A DNA stretch of 64,000 bases from Candidatus Iainarchaeum sp. (GCA_043803765.1 JAZDJQ010000014.1:14721-78720); one strand, 5' to 3'. Shown: positions 9,536-19,684, counted from the first letter of the stretch. The notes: a model not told the origin generated them from the sequence alone. A program made the numbers and translations.

Positions 9536-12436
9536 ATGGTTAATATCAAATCTCTTGGAACGGGAAGTATCCCGCTTCGGTTAGCCGATTTGATTTCTGA
9601 AATGGCCAATAAGGAATGGGAAGAAGGAACATTTATCGAGAAAACGACTCCTATCACGCGAGATCTAATGCGGTATTGGGACCCGAAAGGAACTTTTTCC
9701 GATTCAAGGAAAGTAAATTTCCACGAGGGACAATGGCAGGCTATTTTGAATGCTATTTATGTCCATGAAATATTGAAAGTGAAAAGCGTCCACGACTTGT
9801 ATATGTCTATTCGCCCGGAGTTATTGGCTGAGATGGATATGATAGATTTGAAAAAAGAGAAATACGACTACCCGAAATATTGTATCCGAATGGCAACCGG
9901 AACGGGAAAAACATGGATTTTATCGGCATTGTTGATTTGGCAATATCTTAATGCGAAATATGAAGAAAAACCGTCGAATCGATTTTTCAAAAATTTTTTA
10001 TTGGTCGCGCCGGGAATTATTGTATATGAGCGGTTACTGGATGCATACCTTGGTAAACGAAAGGAAGATAGCAAAAGGGAATTTGAGGAGTCCGATTTCA
10101 AAAAATTCGAATCGCTTTTAATTCCAACTGCCTATACTGAAGAGATCTTAGGTTTTATCCAATCTAGCGTGTGCCAAAAAGACGAAATTGGAAGTAAAGT
10201 CACTGGAGACGGGCTGATTGCGATTACTAATTGGCACTTATTAATGGGGGACGAAGAAGACGATGAAGAAGGGACCCCGCTTGACACACCATACAAGGCT
10301 ATTCGAAAAATGCTTCCCATTACTCCCGGCAAAACGGGAAAGCATTCGTTGGAAACGTTGGACAATCAATACCTGCGCGGGAAGGGGATGGATTTCCTGG
10401 TGAATCTTACGGACTTGGTTGTATTCAATGATGAAGCCCACCATTTGGGTGAATTCAAGAAAGAGGATGAAATACTGGAGAAGAAATGGCAACAAGCATT
10501 GGACATGATTGCAAAAAGTAAAAGGAACTCTTTTTTGCAAGTTGATTTTTCCGCCACCCCATATATCATAACGGGATCGAAAAAGAGAACGAAACACTTT
10601 TTCCCGCATATTATTACTAATTTTGAAATTGTTCGAGCCATTAAACTTGGATTGGTTAAAACGGTGGCCATTGATAAGCGAAAGGAAATTGCTTCACTAC
10701 CATTGGAGTTCAAGGCTGAACGAGAGGGGAACACAATCAATTTGTCCGATGGTCAGCGGATCATGCTCAGCGCAGGGTTGGAACGGTTAAAAATTTTGGA
10801 AGAGGGATTTGAAAAAGAAGACAAAAAAAAGCACCCGAAAATGTTGGTGACGTGCGAAGACACCTCTGTGGTGCCGTTAGTAACGGAATTTCTGAAACAA
10901 AAAGGATTATCCGAAGAAGAAATACTTGAAATCCATTCCAATAAAAAAGGAGAAATCGGCCAGGTAGAATGGGAAAAAATAAAGATGCGATTATTCAATG
11001 TGGACAAGAGCCAAAACCCAAAAATAATCATTTCTGTGCTGATGCTGCGCGAGGGCTTTGATGTGAATAATATTTGCGTAATTGTCCCTCTACGCTCAAG
11101 CACATCCTATGTTTTATTGGAACAGACGATTGGCAGGGGTCTCCGACTCATGTGGCGTGAGCCAATATACGAGGACAGCAAACGCGAAAACAGGGAAAAA
11201 TTATTGATTCGAAAGGAAGAACCAGATAACTATATGGATATTTTGTCCATTGTCGAGCATCCCGCATTTATCGAGTTTTATGAAAAGGAGTTAAGCGAAG
11301 CGATTGGACAGACCAAAGTGCTTCCAAAAAAGGATAAAGTGGTGGGGGATATCATTTCCATCGGCCTGAAAGAAAATTATCAAAATTACGATTTCTTCTG
11401 GCCAGTTATAATCCATGATAAAGAAGAATACCTGAAATCCGAGGAACTTTCCATCGAAAAACTGCAACCTTTTCCAATCAGTTTGGAAGAACTAAAACCA
11501 TTCATCAATCGAGCAGGTGACACATTCTATGGGGAAGAATTGACCGTCAAGACAAAGTTTGGGGAATACACAGTAACTTCTGATATTTTTTCAGCCAAGA
11601 GCTATAATTCGTTTATTCAAAAAATTGTGAACGCTGTCAGCACTATCACAGTAAAAATTGGGAAAAAATCGCCTAAAAATTTTCCTACCATGCAAATCAA
11701 TACTGCCATCGTGGCAAAATTAACTGATGAATACATTCGGACGAGGTTATTTGGGCAAAAGTTCGACCCTTTACTCGGAAATAACTGGAGAGTCTTGGTC
11801 ATAACACAGGAACGAATCATTCAGCACATTATCAAAAATATTAGTCAATGCATTTATGACTTACAAAATAACCTAGACGTTCGCGATGCCCGAATTGAAA
11901 AGAGGTATTTTTCCAGTATTGGAGAGATGAAAATACGGGATACATATTCTATCAATGTAGCCAAAACAATCTACGATAAAATAGGGTTTCCATCGAATAA
12001 AGGGGGATTTGAAAAAGCATTTATCGAGTTCATTGATTCGGATTCAAAGGTAAAGGCTTTCATGAAAATCAACGAGTATTACCATGATTTTGCCTGTATA
12101 ATGTACCTTCGGGATGATGGAATGCTGCCTCGATATTATCCCGATTTCATTGTTCGTATAGCTGACCAAGTCTATTTAGTTGAAACAAAAGCCGACAGGG
12201 ATCTGAATAATGTGAACGTCAAACAAAAACGATTGGCGACGTTGGATTGGATTGCTAAAGTGAATAAGTTAAAACTGGAAGATCGAATGAGTTGTATCTG
12301 GAATTATGTTCTACTCGGCGAAAATACATTCTATGGAATGAGTGAAAAAGGCGCCACTACCCAGGAAATACTCGAGTACGCCAAACTATCTAAGGCCAAA
12401 GTCGAAGGAACACTTGGAGACTATTTGACACAATGA
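9536..12436 (+). CDS. res: Type III restriction endonuclease (Res)
   Basis: MATGTGKT, NDEAHH, FSAT, LREGFD, QTIGRGLR helicase motifs; C-terminal YPDF..VETK nuclease. Confidence 0.92.
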   Translation: MVNIKSLGTGSIPLRLADLISEMANKEWEEGTFIEKTTPITRDLMRYWDPKGTFSDSRKVNFHEGQWQAILNAIYVHEILKVKSVHDLYMSIRPELLAEMDMIDLKKEKYDYPKYCIRMATGTGKTWILSALLIWQYLNAKYEEKPSNRFFKNFLLVAPGIIVYERLLDAYLGKRKEDSKREFEESDFKKFESLLIPTAYTEEILGFIQSSVCQKDEIGSKVTGDGLIAITNWHLLMGDEEDDEEGTPLDTPYKAIRKMLPITPGKTGKHSLETLDNQYLRGKGMDFLVNLTDLVVFNDEAHHLGEFKKEDEILEKKWQQALDMIAKSKRNSFLQVDFSATPYIITGSKKRTKHFFPHIITNFEIVRAIKLGLVKTVAIDKRKEIASLPLEFKAEREGNTINLSDGQRIMLSAGLERLKILEEGFEKEDKKKHPKMLVTCEDTSVVPLVTEFLKQKGLSEEEILEIHSNKKGEIGQVEWEKIKMRLFNVDKSQNPKIIISVLMLREGFDVNNICVIVPLRSSTSYVLLEQTIGRGLRLMWREPIYEDSKRENREKLLIRKEEPDNYMDILSIVEHPAFIEFYEKELSEAIGQTKVLPKKDKVVGDIISIGLKENYQNYDFFWPVIIHDKEEYLKSEELSIEKLQPFPISLEELKPFINRAGDTFYGEELTVKTKFGEYTVTSDIFSAKSYNSFIQKIVNAVSTITVKIGKKSPKNFPTMQINTAIVAKLTDEYIRTRLFGQKFDPLLGNNWRVLVITQERIIQHIIKNISQCIYDLQNNLDVRDARIEKRYFSSIGEMKIRDTYSINVAKTIYDKIGFPSNKGGFEKAFIEFIDSDSKVKAFMKINEYYHDFACIMYLRDDGMLPRYYPDFIVRIADQVYLVETKADRDLNNVNVKQKRLATLDWIAKVNKLKLEDRMSCIWNYVLLGENTFYGMSEKGATTQEILEYAKLSKAKVEGTLGDYLTQ

Positions 12437-12633
12437 CTGACTTTGAAGAAATGAGTGTAATGTGCCCCAAATGCGGGGAAAAGAACACAATTATGTGGTT
12501 CCCTGCGAGACACCATTATGTTAGACAAAAAGGAACAACGGGCGGATCGGAATTAGCCTTTCGAGGCAAAAACGAAAAAGTACAGGGAAAATGTAAGTGT
12601 GGTTATACATTCAAGCCAAAGGATTTAGACTAA
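12433..12633 (+). CDS. Small Zn-ribbon protein
   Basis: CPKCG...CKCG; start overlaps the res stop. Confidence 0.65.
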   Translation: MTDFEEMSVMCPKCGEKNTIMWFPARHHYVRQKGTTGGSELAFRGKNEKVQGKCKCGYTFKPKDLD

Positions 12634-12756
12634 TATCGACGAACCGATTAGCTCAGTGGAGAGTGGCCGGAAGTTAGATGGGCGGGATGAATTTTCGTAT
12701 GAGTACCCGTGCCGTCAAGTGCATCTTTTATAGGTTGAAGGCTGGATAGGTTTTCT

Positions 12757-13299
12757 ATGCCCACTTTTTATTTTGATATTGAGACTACGGGTTTGGATGA
12801 GAAATCGTGCAAAGTGATTACCATCCAGTATCAGGAGTTAGATCGGAATTCGGGTAAACCAATTGGTGAACTCGTTATTTTGAAGGAGTGGGAGTCTTCC
12901 GAGCGCGATATTTTAGAAAAGTTTTTGATGGATACAGGGGCAGGAAACCCGCACCCTTTTTCGTTTGTTCCTGTGGGTTATAATTTAACGTTTGAGCATA
13001 ATTTTTTGAAGGAGCGAACGACAGTGAATCGTTTTGCACCATTCGATATTCTGAATAAACCTTGTATTGATTTACGGCCCATTGGTGTGATTATGAATCG
13101 AGGAGAGTTCAAAGGATCAGGCCTCGATAAAATTACTGGAAAACCCATGAACGGAAGCCAAGTACCCTCTTGGTATGCCAACAAAGAATATCAAAGAATT
13201 GTGGAATACGTTCAAGCCGAGGCCAAAGCATTCAATGAACTAAACGTATGGCTATACCAAAAACTGCCCGAATTTCTAACAACATTCAAGCAAAAATAG
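12757..13299 (+). CDS. DEDD/RNase H-like 3'-5' exonuclease domain protein
   Basis: YFDIETTG, VGYN..FE, IDL, EYVQAE motifs. Confidence 0.8.
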   Translation: MPTFYFDIETTGLDEKSCKVITIQYQELDRNSGKPIGELVILKEWESSERDILEKFLMDTGAGNPHPFSFVPVGYNLTFEHNFLKERTTVNRFAPFDILNKPCIDLRPIGVIMNRGEFKGSGLDKITGKPMNGSQVPSWYANKEYQRIVEYVQAEAKAFNELNVWLYQKLPEFLTTFKQK

Positions 13300-13317
13300 T
13301 GTCTGGAATCCATTTTT

Positions 13318-13710
13318 TTAGTTCTCTTCCGGTACTCGCAATCGCTTGACAATATCCTCGACGGTAATCCGATTTTCATCGTCCGCAGGAGGTACTTTTT
13401 CCATGGCTTTTACCGTAATCCCGCAAAGGAATCCAATACAGTTCGCATGATTGATAGTAACGCGATTTTGGCGGACATCGTTGACCGTTTGTTCCAATAA
13501 CGCTACCACATCCTTAACACTCTTGATGGCTACCGAATCTTCGGCTGGTTCCAACACCACTTTGCGTCCATTACGACCGCCTTCTACCTTAGCCAAGTGG
13601 CGCTTCTCCACCATCTCAGGCAGTTGTGAGTGTGCAAAACAATACACATCACTCAAGATTGCCTGTGCTTGGCACATGTTCCCGTCTTCCTTGATATACG
13701 TGCATTCCAT
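13318..13710 (-). CDS. Zn-finger protein resembling terminase-small-subunit-associated proteins
   Basis: C..DG..CQA....YCFAH followed by GG+basic motif and a helical C-terminus; function inferred. Confidence 0.5.
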   Translation of the reverse strand: MECTYIKEDGNMCQAQAILSDVYCFAHSQLPEMVEKRHLAKVEGGRNGRKVVLEPAEDSVAIKSVKDVVALLEQTVNDVRQNRVTINHANCIGFLCGITVKAMEKVPPADDENRITVEDIVKRLRVPEEN

Positions 13711-13725
13711 GCCTGATCCTCCGGT

Positions 13726-14157
13726 CTACTTCGTGGTACTGATTAGAAAGGCATAATCACTACGGACAAATGGATTGTTTTTTCGCCACAACTTGATAGA
13801 AAAGCAGTCCGAATAGCAATCGGATTCACCCGTGAAAATTACTTCGTAATCCATTTTCTTGACTACGTCTAAAACGGTTTGAATTTCCATCCCAGTAACT
13901 AAGCACGGTTGCAAAGTGATTACGTGTGTTTTTGGATTATACCTCGCTTCGTGGGTGACACGGCTATGGCCTTTTGGGGCGAGCTTATTCAGAATCGATA
14001 ACTCTGGATTCGTGTAAGCTAGACATTGTGGGTCACCACATAAATAATCCTCGATAGCCCCGTGGTTCATGTATTCCTTGGTACGATAAACTGTTTTACC
14101 GCACTCTGGACAGGGAAAGTCGTTTGCTTGTATCTCTATTCTTTCAGTTTCATTCAT
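13726..14157 (-). CDS. Zn-finger hypothetical protein
   Basis: CPECG...CGDPQC; SD GAGGTGA upstream. Confidence 0.65.
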   Translation of the reverse strand: MNETERIEIQANDFPCPECGKTVYRTKEYMNHGAIEDYLCGDPQCLAYTNPELSILNKLAPKGHSRVTHEARYNPKTHVITLQPCLVTGMEIQTVLDVVKKMDYEVIFTGESDCYSDCFSIKLWRKNNPFVRSDYAFLISTTK

Positions 14158-14205
14158 ATTTTCACCTCGTTTTTAGAGAGAGCGAGCACGCGCCCACCCC
14201 ACATG

Positions 14206-15726
14206 TTATAGTTGTTCAGTTGCCCCTCCCGTATTTGCTGTGCTACCCGTTTCTGCTGTGGAGAGATCTATTCCGCCTAATTCGTCTCCACTCAACGAAG
14301 CACGGGTGTCACGGGCCGCACGGGAGTTACGGGAGAGCCACCGTTTCGCATTATATTTTGCGAACAGGCTGTTCATTGAGGCATCCTCCCATTGAATCGC
14401 GCGGATACTATTCCCCTCTGAATTTTTCTCGTAATCGACACGGATTCCAAGTGCTTTCAGACGCTTCCCAATAATCCCCCCTCTGTCAGTCCTATTCAGA
14501 ACTGTAGTCGCAACGTCGCTGGGGGTGATTTCTTTTGTTAGGTTCGCCTCACTCCGCTCGATAAGATAGTGAACGATTTGCCCATCCAAAGTGGATTCAC
14601 GTTCCTTTACCACACGAAGGTTGTACCCGTATACAAAATTGGTGAACTTGTCCCATAGAACAGGGTCGTTTCCAAAAAGAACGGAAAAAGCAAGCATGGC
14701 CTGCTTAATACGTGAGTCCGCCCCGCCCAGTTGCATTTCCTGGATGATGTCAACGTTAAGCTTGTTCCGGTTACGCAACCGATACATCAAGAGCTTCCCG
14801 CGCAGTTCCTCCTGTTCGAGATAAAACCATGATGGAAGTATATTTGGAATATCATCACGCTTCGTTTCCTTCATTTCCTCCGTAATACATCGACTTTCGA
14901 GTGCTGAATCGGAAAAAGTCGACCGCGAACTAATTACCTTAGGGCCAAAAACGTCATGAGTTTCAATGTCATTTGGATCGTTTACATCACATCGCAAAAC
15001 AGGCTTATTTCGCTCATATCCACAGTTAAGAATTTTCACGACCTCATCGGCATGGTCACTTTTTCTACGATCCGCTTCTTCGATAATGACGGTACCTTTC
15101 CAAACGCTCTGCATCCGATACAAAGGCGCCGCTGTTACTGCACCATTTGAAAGGATTGGACGATAACACAAATGCCCAACCGCATCCAAACCGCGTGTCT
15201 TTCCAGTCGAAAAGTCTCCAATGAAACGGAGATATGGAACGGTGTGCAGAATATCAAATACCCATGAAAGGAGAACGTAATACGCTGAAAAAAGTTCAAA
15301 ATCGCTGGAAACATCTACGTACTTGTGAACAAACGCGCGAACATCTTCAACCAGTTTTTCCTCGCTTTCGTATTCTATGGCTTTCTTTGGCAAAATGACC
15401 GCGCGCTTTTTTACAGTTTCATTAACGAGCGGACAATACCTTTTCCCTAAGTAGTCCACGAAGTCAGAGTATTCTATTTTTCCTTCTTCCGTCAAGTGTA
15501 CGAATTGTGCAGTATTACCATCAAACACAAGTTCGTAAATGGTGTTCCCAACTTCCACCATAGGTGTCTCCTCTTCTTCAAGGCCCATGAACGAAAACTT
15601 TTCGCCACTACATCCAGAACATTTTTCAGGAGGATTCTGGGAGGCCATTATTACGGTGCAGTTATTGCACGCCCACGCTTGCGGGGTTAGATATAGTTTT
15701 CCTCGTGCCATTTTATTCACCCCCAT
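14206..15726 (-). CDS. Replication-associated P-loop ATPase/helicase (DUF3631-like) with N-terminal Zn ribbon
   Basis: CNNC..CSGC; Walker A GDFSTGKT; Walker B IIEEAD; ALESRC arginine finger; wHTH-like C-terminus. Confidence 0.75.
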   Translation of the reverse strand: MGVNKMARGKLYLTPQAWACNNCTVIMASQNPPEKCSGCSGEKFSFMGLEEEETPMVEVGNTIYELVFDGNTAQFVHLTEEGKIEYSDFVDYLGKRYCPLVNETVKKRAVILPKKAIEYESEEKLVEDVRAFVHKYVDVSSDFELFSAYYVLLSWVFDILHTVPYLRFIGDFSTGKTRGLDAVGHLCYRPILSNGAVTAAPLYRMQSVWKGTVIIEEADRRKSDHADEVVKILNCGYERNKPVLRCDVNDPNDIETHDVFGPKVISSRSTFSDSALESRCITEEMKETKRDDIPNILPSWFYLEQEELRGKLLMYRLRNRNKLNVDIIQEMQLGGADSRIKQAMLAFSVLFGNDPVLWDKFTNFVYGYNLRVVKERESTLDGQIVHYLIERSEANLTKEITPSDVATTVLNRTDRGGIIGKRLKALGIRVDYEKNSEGNSIRAIQWEDASMNSLFAKYNAKRWLSRNSRAARDTRASLSGDELGGIDLSTAETGSTANTGGATEQL

Positions 15727-15985
15727 TACGTCGAACAGAGTCTGTTAGCCCAACGATTAGAAAAGCCTCGCCGTTCGAAACTGCCGGACTAATTGACACG
15801 GTACTGCACGAGCCATAACCATTTACCATAGAGCTCGGGATGCGCAGCATGTAACATCTTCGTTCTTTTGCCCACAGACTGCGTTCAATTCGCAATCCGC
15901 GAAAAACGTCAAATTGCTGAGAGGTTGTTCCGGGAATTGTAGTTACCTGCACTCCCGCCTCATTTTTAACTATCGTTCGATCCAT
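15713..15985 (-). CDS. Hypothetical protein
   Basis: MDRTIVKNE... ORF overlapping the start of the ATPase gene. Confidence 0.5.
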   Translation of the reverse strand: MDRTIVKNEAGVQVTTIPGTTSQQFDVFRGLRIERSLWAKERRCYMLRIPSSMVNGYGSCSTVSISPAVSNGEAFLIVGLTDSVRRNGGE

Positions 15986-16110
15986 ATTGTGTGTCCTGTG
16001 GCTTTCCGTTCTCGGCGAGCCACTTTTTTTGGGCTTCCGTCGGCAAAAACCCCCCTTCAACGGCTTTACGAAGAAGCGTGATATATGCCGGCGGGGGCGA
16101 AAACTCCAAT

Positions 16111-16284
16111 TTAGGGAGATTGGGTTGCATCCGTTTCTCCCTTTTCCATTTCCTTTTGCAGACAATACCGGATAAGTCCGCTTAGGGTTCGACCACTATT
16201 TTGGCCGTATTCCTTCGCGGCCTCCGCAACGTTGGGTGGCAAGGAAATGGTGATTTTTCGGTATTTTTCGTGTTTATCGCCCAT
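16111..16284 (-). CDS. Ribbon-helix-helix (CopG/Arc-like) regulator, 57 aa
   Basis: Manual translation MGDKHEKYRKITISLPPNVAEAAKEYGQNSGRTLSGLIRYCLQKEM...; classic RHH pattern. Confidence 0.8.
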   Translation of the reverse strand: MGDKHEKYRKITISLPPNVAEAAKEYGQNSGRTLSGLIRYCLQKEMEKGETDATQSP

Positions 16285-16374
16285 AACCAGTATGGTCGAG
16301 CGCTTATTTTTAAGTATTACGGTAAACTATTCTGTCATATACCAATAATACTTCAGTCATCGGAGGCTGGTGTC

Positions 16375-17445
16375 ATGGCTCGAAAGAAGGCGACAATAGA
16401 CCCATATTTCAGGGAGTTGGATAACGAATCAGTTGCAAGTGTTGTCGTGTTCATCTATAAAACCCAAAAGGAGACAAACCTACCGGTTCGCTATTTAACA
16501 ATTAAAAACGAGATTTGTATCGTCAGAAAAATAATGTCCGAAAAGCACCTAACCACTATTTTGGGGATGTTATTTGAAAAAGAGTTATTGGAAAGGAGAG
16601 AAGAAAATCGAAAAAAGGTTTTTTACAGCATTAATCCAAATCTTCGGAATCAAATCCCGCCCTTTTTTGTTCGTTCATCCGATAGGCAAATCCTTTCATC
16701 ATATTCTCAAAAAGAAATTGTGGTAGACCAAAAAGTTCGTGCGTATGGACTGGATCATGAAACTTTTGATAAACCAGCCAGCCAGCTCTTTTTCCACGGA
16801 GTAGGTGTTTCAGATATTTTCCCGATTAAAGAAGATGAGGTAATAGTTATTCTTCCAGACAGCATGACAAATTCTAAACTGATTATTGGGAAAATATACA
16901 AACAGGTACATGAAATAAGCAATAGGAAAGTTTCAATAATGTCGAGATCGCAGCCGCTTTCTGGGATTCTTCCGGTTTTGAGAAATCTATTGTATAGAAC
17001 GGCAGAAATATCAAAAGAAAACCGAGCAGGCGAATTAAAAAAATACTATGAAACATATACATCACAAGAAAAAGTGATTTCGTCTTTTTTAGGGAGAAAC
17101 GAAGAAATCCTCCTGCACTTTTTGAGTAAAAAGAATTGGGACAGGGAATCAATTTTGGAAAATTTGAAACGTCCCATAATAGGAACCCGAATTGATGATT
17201 CCAATTACACCCCAACATGGCATGGAAAAGACATTACTGAACCTTTTTTGAAGGAACTACAAGAACTGAATATAGAGGAACGAGAAAAGATAGCCAATTT
17301 CTTCGTGAGTGTAACACAAAAATGTAAACCTCTCCCTCAAAAAATAAGTCTCGTTGCCCATTCGTTAGATCCAATTTTTGAAAAATCGGACTACATCGAC
17401 AAACATGCAAAAACGTTTATGGATAATATAGATAAACAATTGTAA
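16375..17445 (+). CDS. Large regulator with N-terminal wHTH (putative repressor)
   Basis: MSEKHLTTILGMLFEKELLERREENRKKVFYSIN; divergent from the RHH gene. Confidence 0.65.
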   Translation: MARKKATIDPYFRELDNESVASVVVFIYKTQKETNLPVRYLTIKNEICIVRKIMSEKHLTTILGMLFEKELLERREENRKKVFYSINPNLRNQIPPFFVRSSDRQILSSYSQKEIVVDQKVRAYGLDHETFDKPASQLFFHGVGVSDIFPIKEDEVIVILPDSMTNSKLIIGKIYKQVHEISNRKVSIMSRSQPLSGILPVLRNLLYRTAEISKENRAGELKKYYETYTSQEKVISSFLGRNEEILLHFLSKKNWDRESILENLKRPIIGTRIDDSNYTPTWHGKDITEPFLKELQELNIEEREKIANFFVSVTQKCKPLPQKISLVAHSLDPIFEKSDYIDKHAKTFMDNIDKQL

Positions 17446-17446
17446 A

Positions 17447-18736
17447 CTATCTGGGTCGCATGACTTCGAGTGCTTGCTCAGGAGTCAGTTGATCTACTTT
17501 TACGTTGAGTTTGTTCATCGCTTCAACCATCGCATTCAGCACGCTTCGTATTTGCCCATTCTCCTCCTGCATTTGTGTTAATTTATCTTTGTATTCCAGT
17601 CGCGCTTCCAATGTGAGGGGATTGTTGCATTTTTTGCAAAGAAGATTCGTGAACTCATTTAGTTCACCGCAGATATTGCACAATCGTGGTTTTAGAATAC
17701 TTTCCTCGTCCTTTTCTTTTTTCCCTAATCCATAGATTTTTCGAACGGCGTCGTGAACATCGCGCCCAGAAAGATGAATATAGGTAGCGGGCATTTCACT
17801 ACCAATTTGCCAGCCCATGACCTTGCACAATTGGGCCTCCGTTAATCGTCCAGCCAAATAAGTTGCGCGGGAGTGCCTCCAGTGATGCGGATTATAGGGT
17901 TTGTTGATACCTGCCCTCGTTGTTGTTTCGTCCAGAATTTTTCGGATTGAAGCATAGGAGAGTCTTTTTCCGCGATGTACGGGAGAAACAATCACAAACA
18001 AAGGCGCATTCTTGTCATCGCGTAGGGGGTGAATGTCTAACCATCCGCGAAGAAACGGAACACTGGACACCAAAAGGACTTGCCTCATTCCGGTTTTTCC
18101 ATCAAGCATGGCTGTGGCTTCGGTTCCATCAAATTGAATTGATTTAATTTTAGCATTACCAATCTCACCGATGCGCGCACCCGTTTCCCACAAAATAGAA
18201 ATGAGCGCTTTTTTCATGGGATGATCGGCCACTTGAATGATTTTGATGATTTCGTCCTCTGATAGCATCTCTTCTGGCAGTTTGTGCGAGTTTCCGCTTC
18301 GGATGCATTTAATCCATCGGACTTGGGACGGAAAAAAGTCGTTGTCGCCCAACAACCATTTGTAAAAGGCCTTGAGCATGCGTTTGTGCATAGTTCTTGT
18401 AGTCTCCCCCCACCCATTTCGATTCACGATTTGAGAAACAAGGTGTTCAATATCTTCTCGTGTAGCGGACTCGAAATCCTTCCCGATCATTTCAGCCAAA
18501 TTAGCCATCGTGAATAATACGCGGATTCGGCGGGCAAGACTGATGCCTCCTTCATTTTCCAAATGAATTCGATAGCGTTCAATCGTGCGTTTGTTTGTCT
18601 CGCTGATAATGTACGGTTTACCCTGCTTTCCGTGCTTCTTCTCAAAATCGCGTGGATATTTTTCTGGGAAAATTCGACTTAACAATAGCTCGTAGCGTCT
18701 TTCGTAGTTATGAAAACTCGTGGCTTCTGGCGGCAT
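17447..18736 (-). CDS. int: Tyrosine recombinase/integrase with C-terminal Zn ribbon
   Basis: ETGARIGE, DGKTG, HHWRHSR, MGW, TYIH catalytic set; CNIC..CKKC; lies next to a tRNA. Confidence 0.95.
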   Translation of the reverse strand: MPPEATSFHNYERRYELLLSRIFPEKYPRDFEKKHGKQGKPYIISETNKRTIERYRIHLENEGGISLARRIRVLFTMANLAEMIGKDFESATREDIEHLVSQIVNRNGWGETTRTMHKRMLKAFYKWLLGDNDFFPSQVRWIKCIRSGNSHKLPEEMLSEDEIIKIIQVADHPMKKALISILWETGARIGEIGNAKIKSIQFDGTEATAMLDGKTGMRQVLLVSSVPFLRGWLDIHPLRDDKNAPLFVIVSPVHRGKRLSYASIRKILDETTTRAGINKPYNPHHWRHSRATYLAGRLTEAQLCKVMGWQIGSEMPATYIHLSGRDVHDAVRKIYGLGKKEKDEESILKPRLCNICGELNEFTNLLCKKCNNPLTLEARLEYKDKLTQMQEENGQIRSVLNAMVEAMNKLNVKVDQLTPEQALEVMRPR

Positions 18737-18797
18737 ATAGGCACTCCCCGTTCGGTTGGTTTTATTCTTTACGGGGGCACTTTACTGCCATCTTCAA

Positions 18798-18871
18798 TGC
18801 CTCGGGGGAGACTTGAACTCCCGGCCTCCGGGTTATGAATCCGGCGCTCTAACCAACTGAGCTACCAAGGC
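18798..18871 (-). tRNA. tRNA-Met(CAT), probably elongator (Ile2 not excluded)
   Basis: GCCTTGGTAGCTCAGTTGGTTAGAGCGCCGGATTCATAACCCGGAGGCCGGGAGTTCAAGTCTCCCCCGAGGCA folds as a cloverleaf. Confidence 0.95.
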
Positions 18872-18956
18872 GGTGGATGAGAAGAATCGCCAAAGAAACC
18901 CTTTAAAATGAGCGGAGGTGAAGACTGGAAATAACCTCTTGTTAGTGTCTTATTCC

Positions 18957-19631
18957 TCACTCGTCGAATTCCAGCCGGCTTTTTACGGTGATTTTTTCTT
19001 CTCCCGCGAGTAATAATCGGTCGGCCATTCCTAGGAAGAGTCCTGTTTCTAATACTCCGGGGATGAGCCGTGCTTGCGTGTCTATTTCTTCGGGGGTTAA
19101 TCCTTCGTCTATTTCTACTTCGACTAAATAATGGCCTGATTCTGTTTTTTCCGGCTCCTGAGTGTATTGGGCGTGCCCTACTCTTCCTATTTGTTCTAAT
19201 AATAGTAGTGTTCTTTTCCATCCGAATGCGCTTATTTCGAATGGGACTTTTCCATGTAGTTTTTCAACGTACTCGTTTTCGGGGAGTATGGCAATGAGTT
19301 CGGCTGCGGATTGGGCAATCATTTTGTCTCGTATAAGTGAGAGAGAATAGCGTTTGATGAACGAGTAATCGTGATCGGCTTGTCCTACAAATTCGATGGC
19401 TAAATCTACTTCTCTTTCATTGAGCGTGGTTAAGGGTAGATGAAATGTTTGGGCGGTCTGTACTTGGCTGGTGGATGTGGGGATAATGGTTATTTCCCAT
19501 TTTTCCTTTTCGCATAATAATCCTATTTTTTTGAGTAATAATTCCCCTAATTGGTTTGTTCCTACGGCAAGTACTTGGTCTTTTTTCACATATTTGGATA
19601 TGAATGCGTCAATCGTGTCTTCGGATAGCAT
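18957..19631 (-). CDS. rpiA: Ribose-5-phosphate isomerase A homolog with degenerate catalytic motifs
   Basis: IPTSTSQ, DKMIAQSA, PFEI, TESGHYLV, IPGVLETGLF match RpiA; GTGST, DGADE and KGGG are altered. Confidence 0.8.
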   Translation of the reverse strand: MLSEDTIDAFISKYVKKDQVLAVGTNQLGELLLKKIGLLCEKEKWEITIIPTSTSQVQTAQTFHLPLTTLNEREVDLAIEFVGQADHDYSFIKRYSLSLIRDKMIAQSAAELIAILPENEYVEKLHGKVPFEISAFGWKRTLLLLEQIGRVGHAQYTQEPEKTESGHYLVEVEIDEGLTPEEIDTQARLIPGVLETGLFLGMADRLLLAGEEKITVKSRLEFDE

Positions 19632-19684
19632 ACTGGTTGAGCGTAGCGTAGTGGGGAATTTAAGGGAATTGGGAAAAAAAGGGA

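Larger units (their letters stand above)
1..18820. mobile_element. Integrative element/genomic island at the tRNA-Met 3' end; distal att lies outside the window
   Basis: Integrase directly downstream of the tRNA; replication, regulatory and defence cargo. Confidence 0.8.

Noticed and set aside
1-17446. Distal att repeat of tRNA-Met within the window
   Set aside because: No copy of TGCCTCGGGGGAGACTTGAAC was seen, so the element's other end is presumably left of the window.
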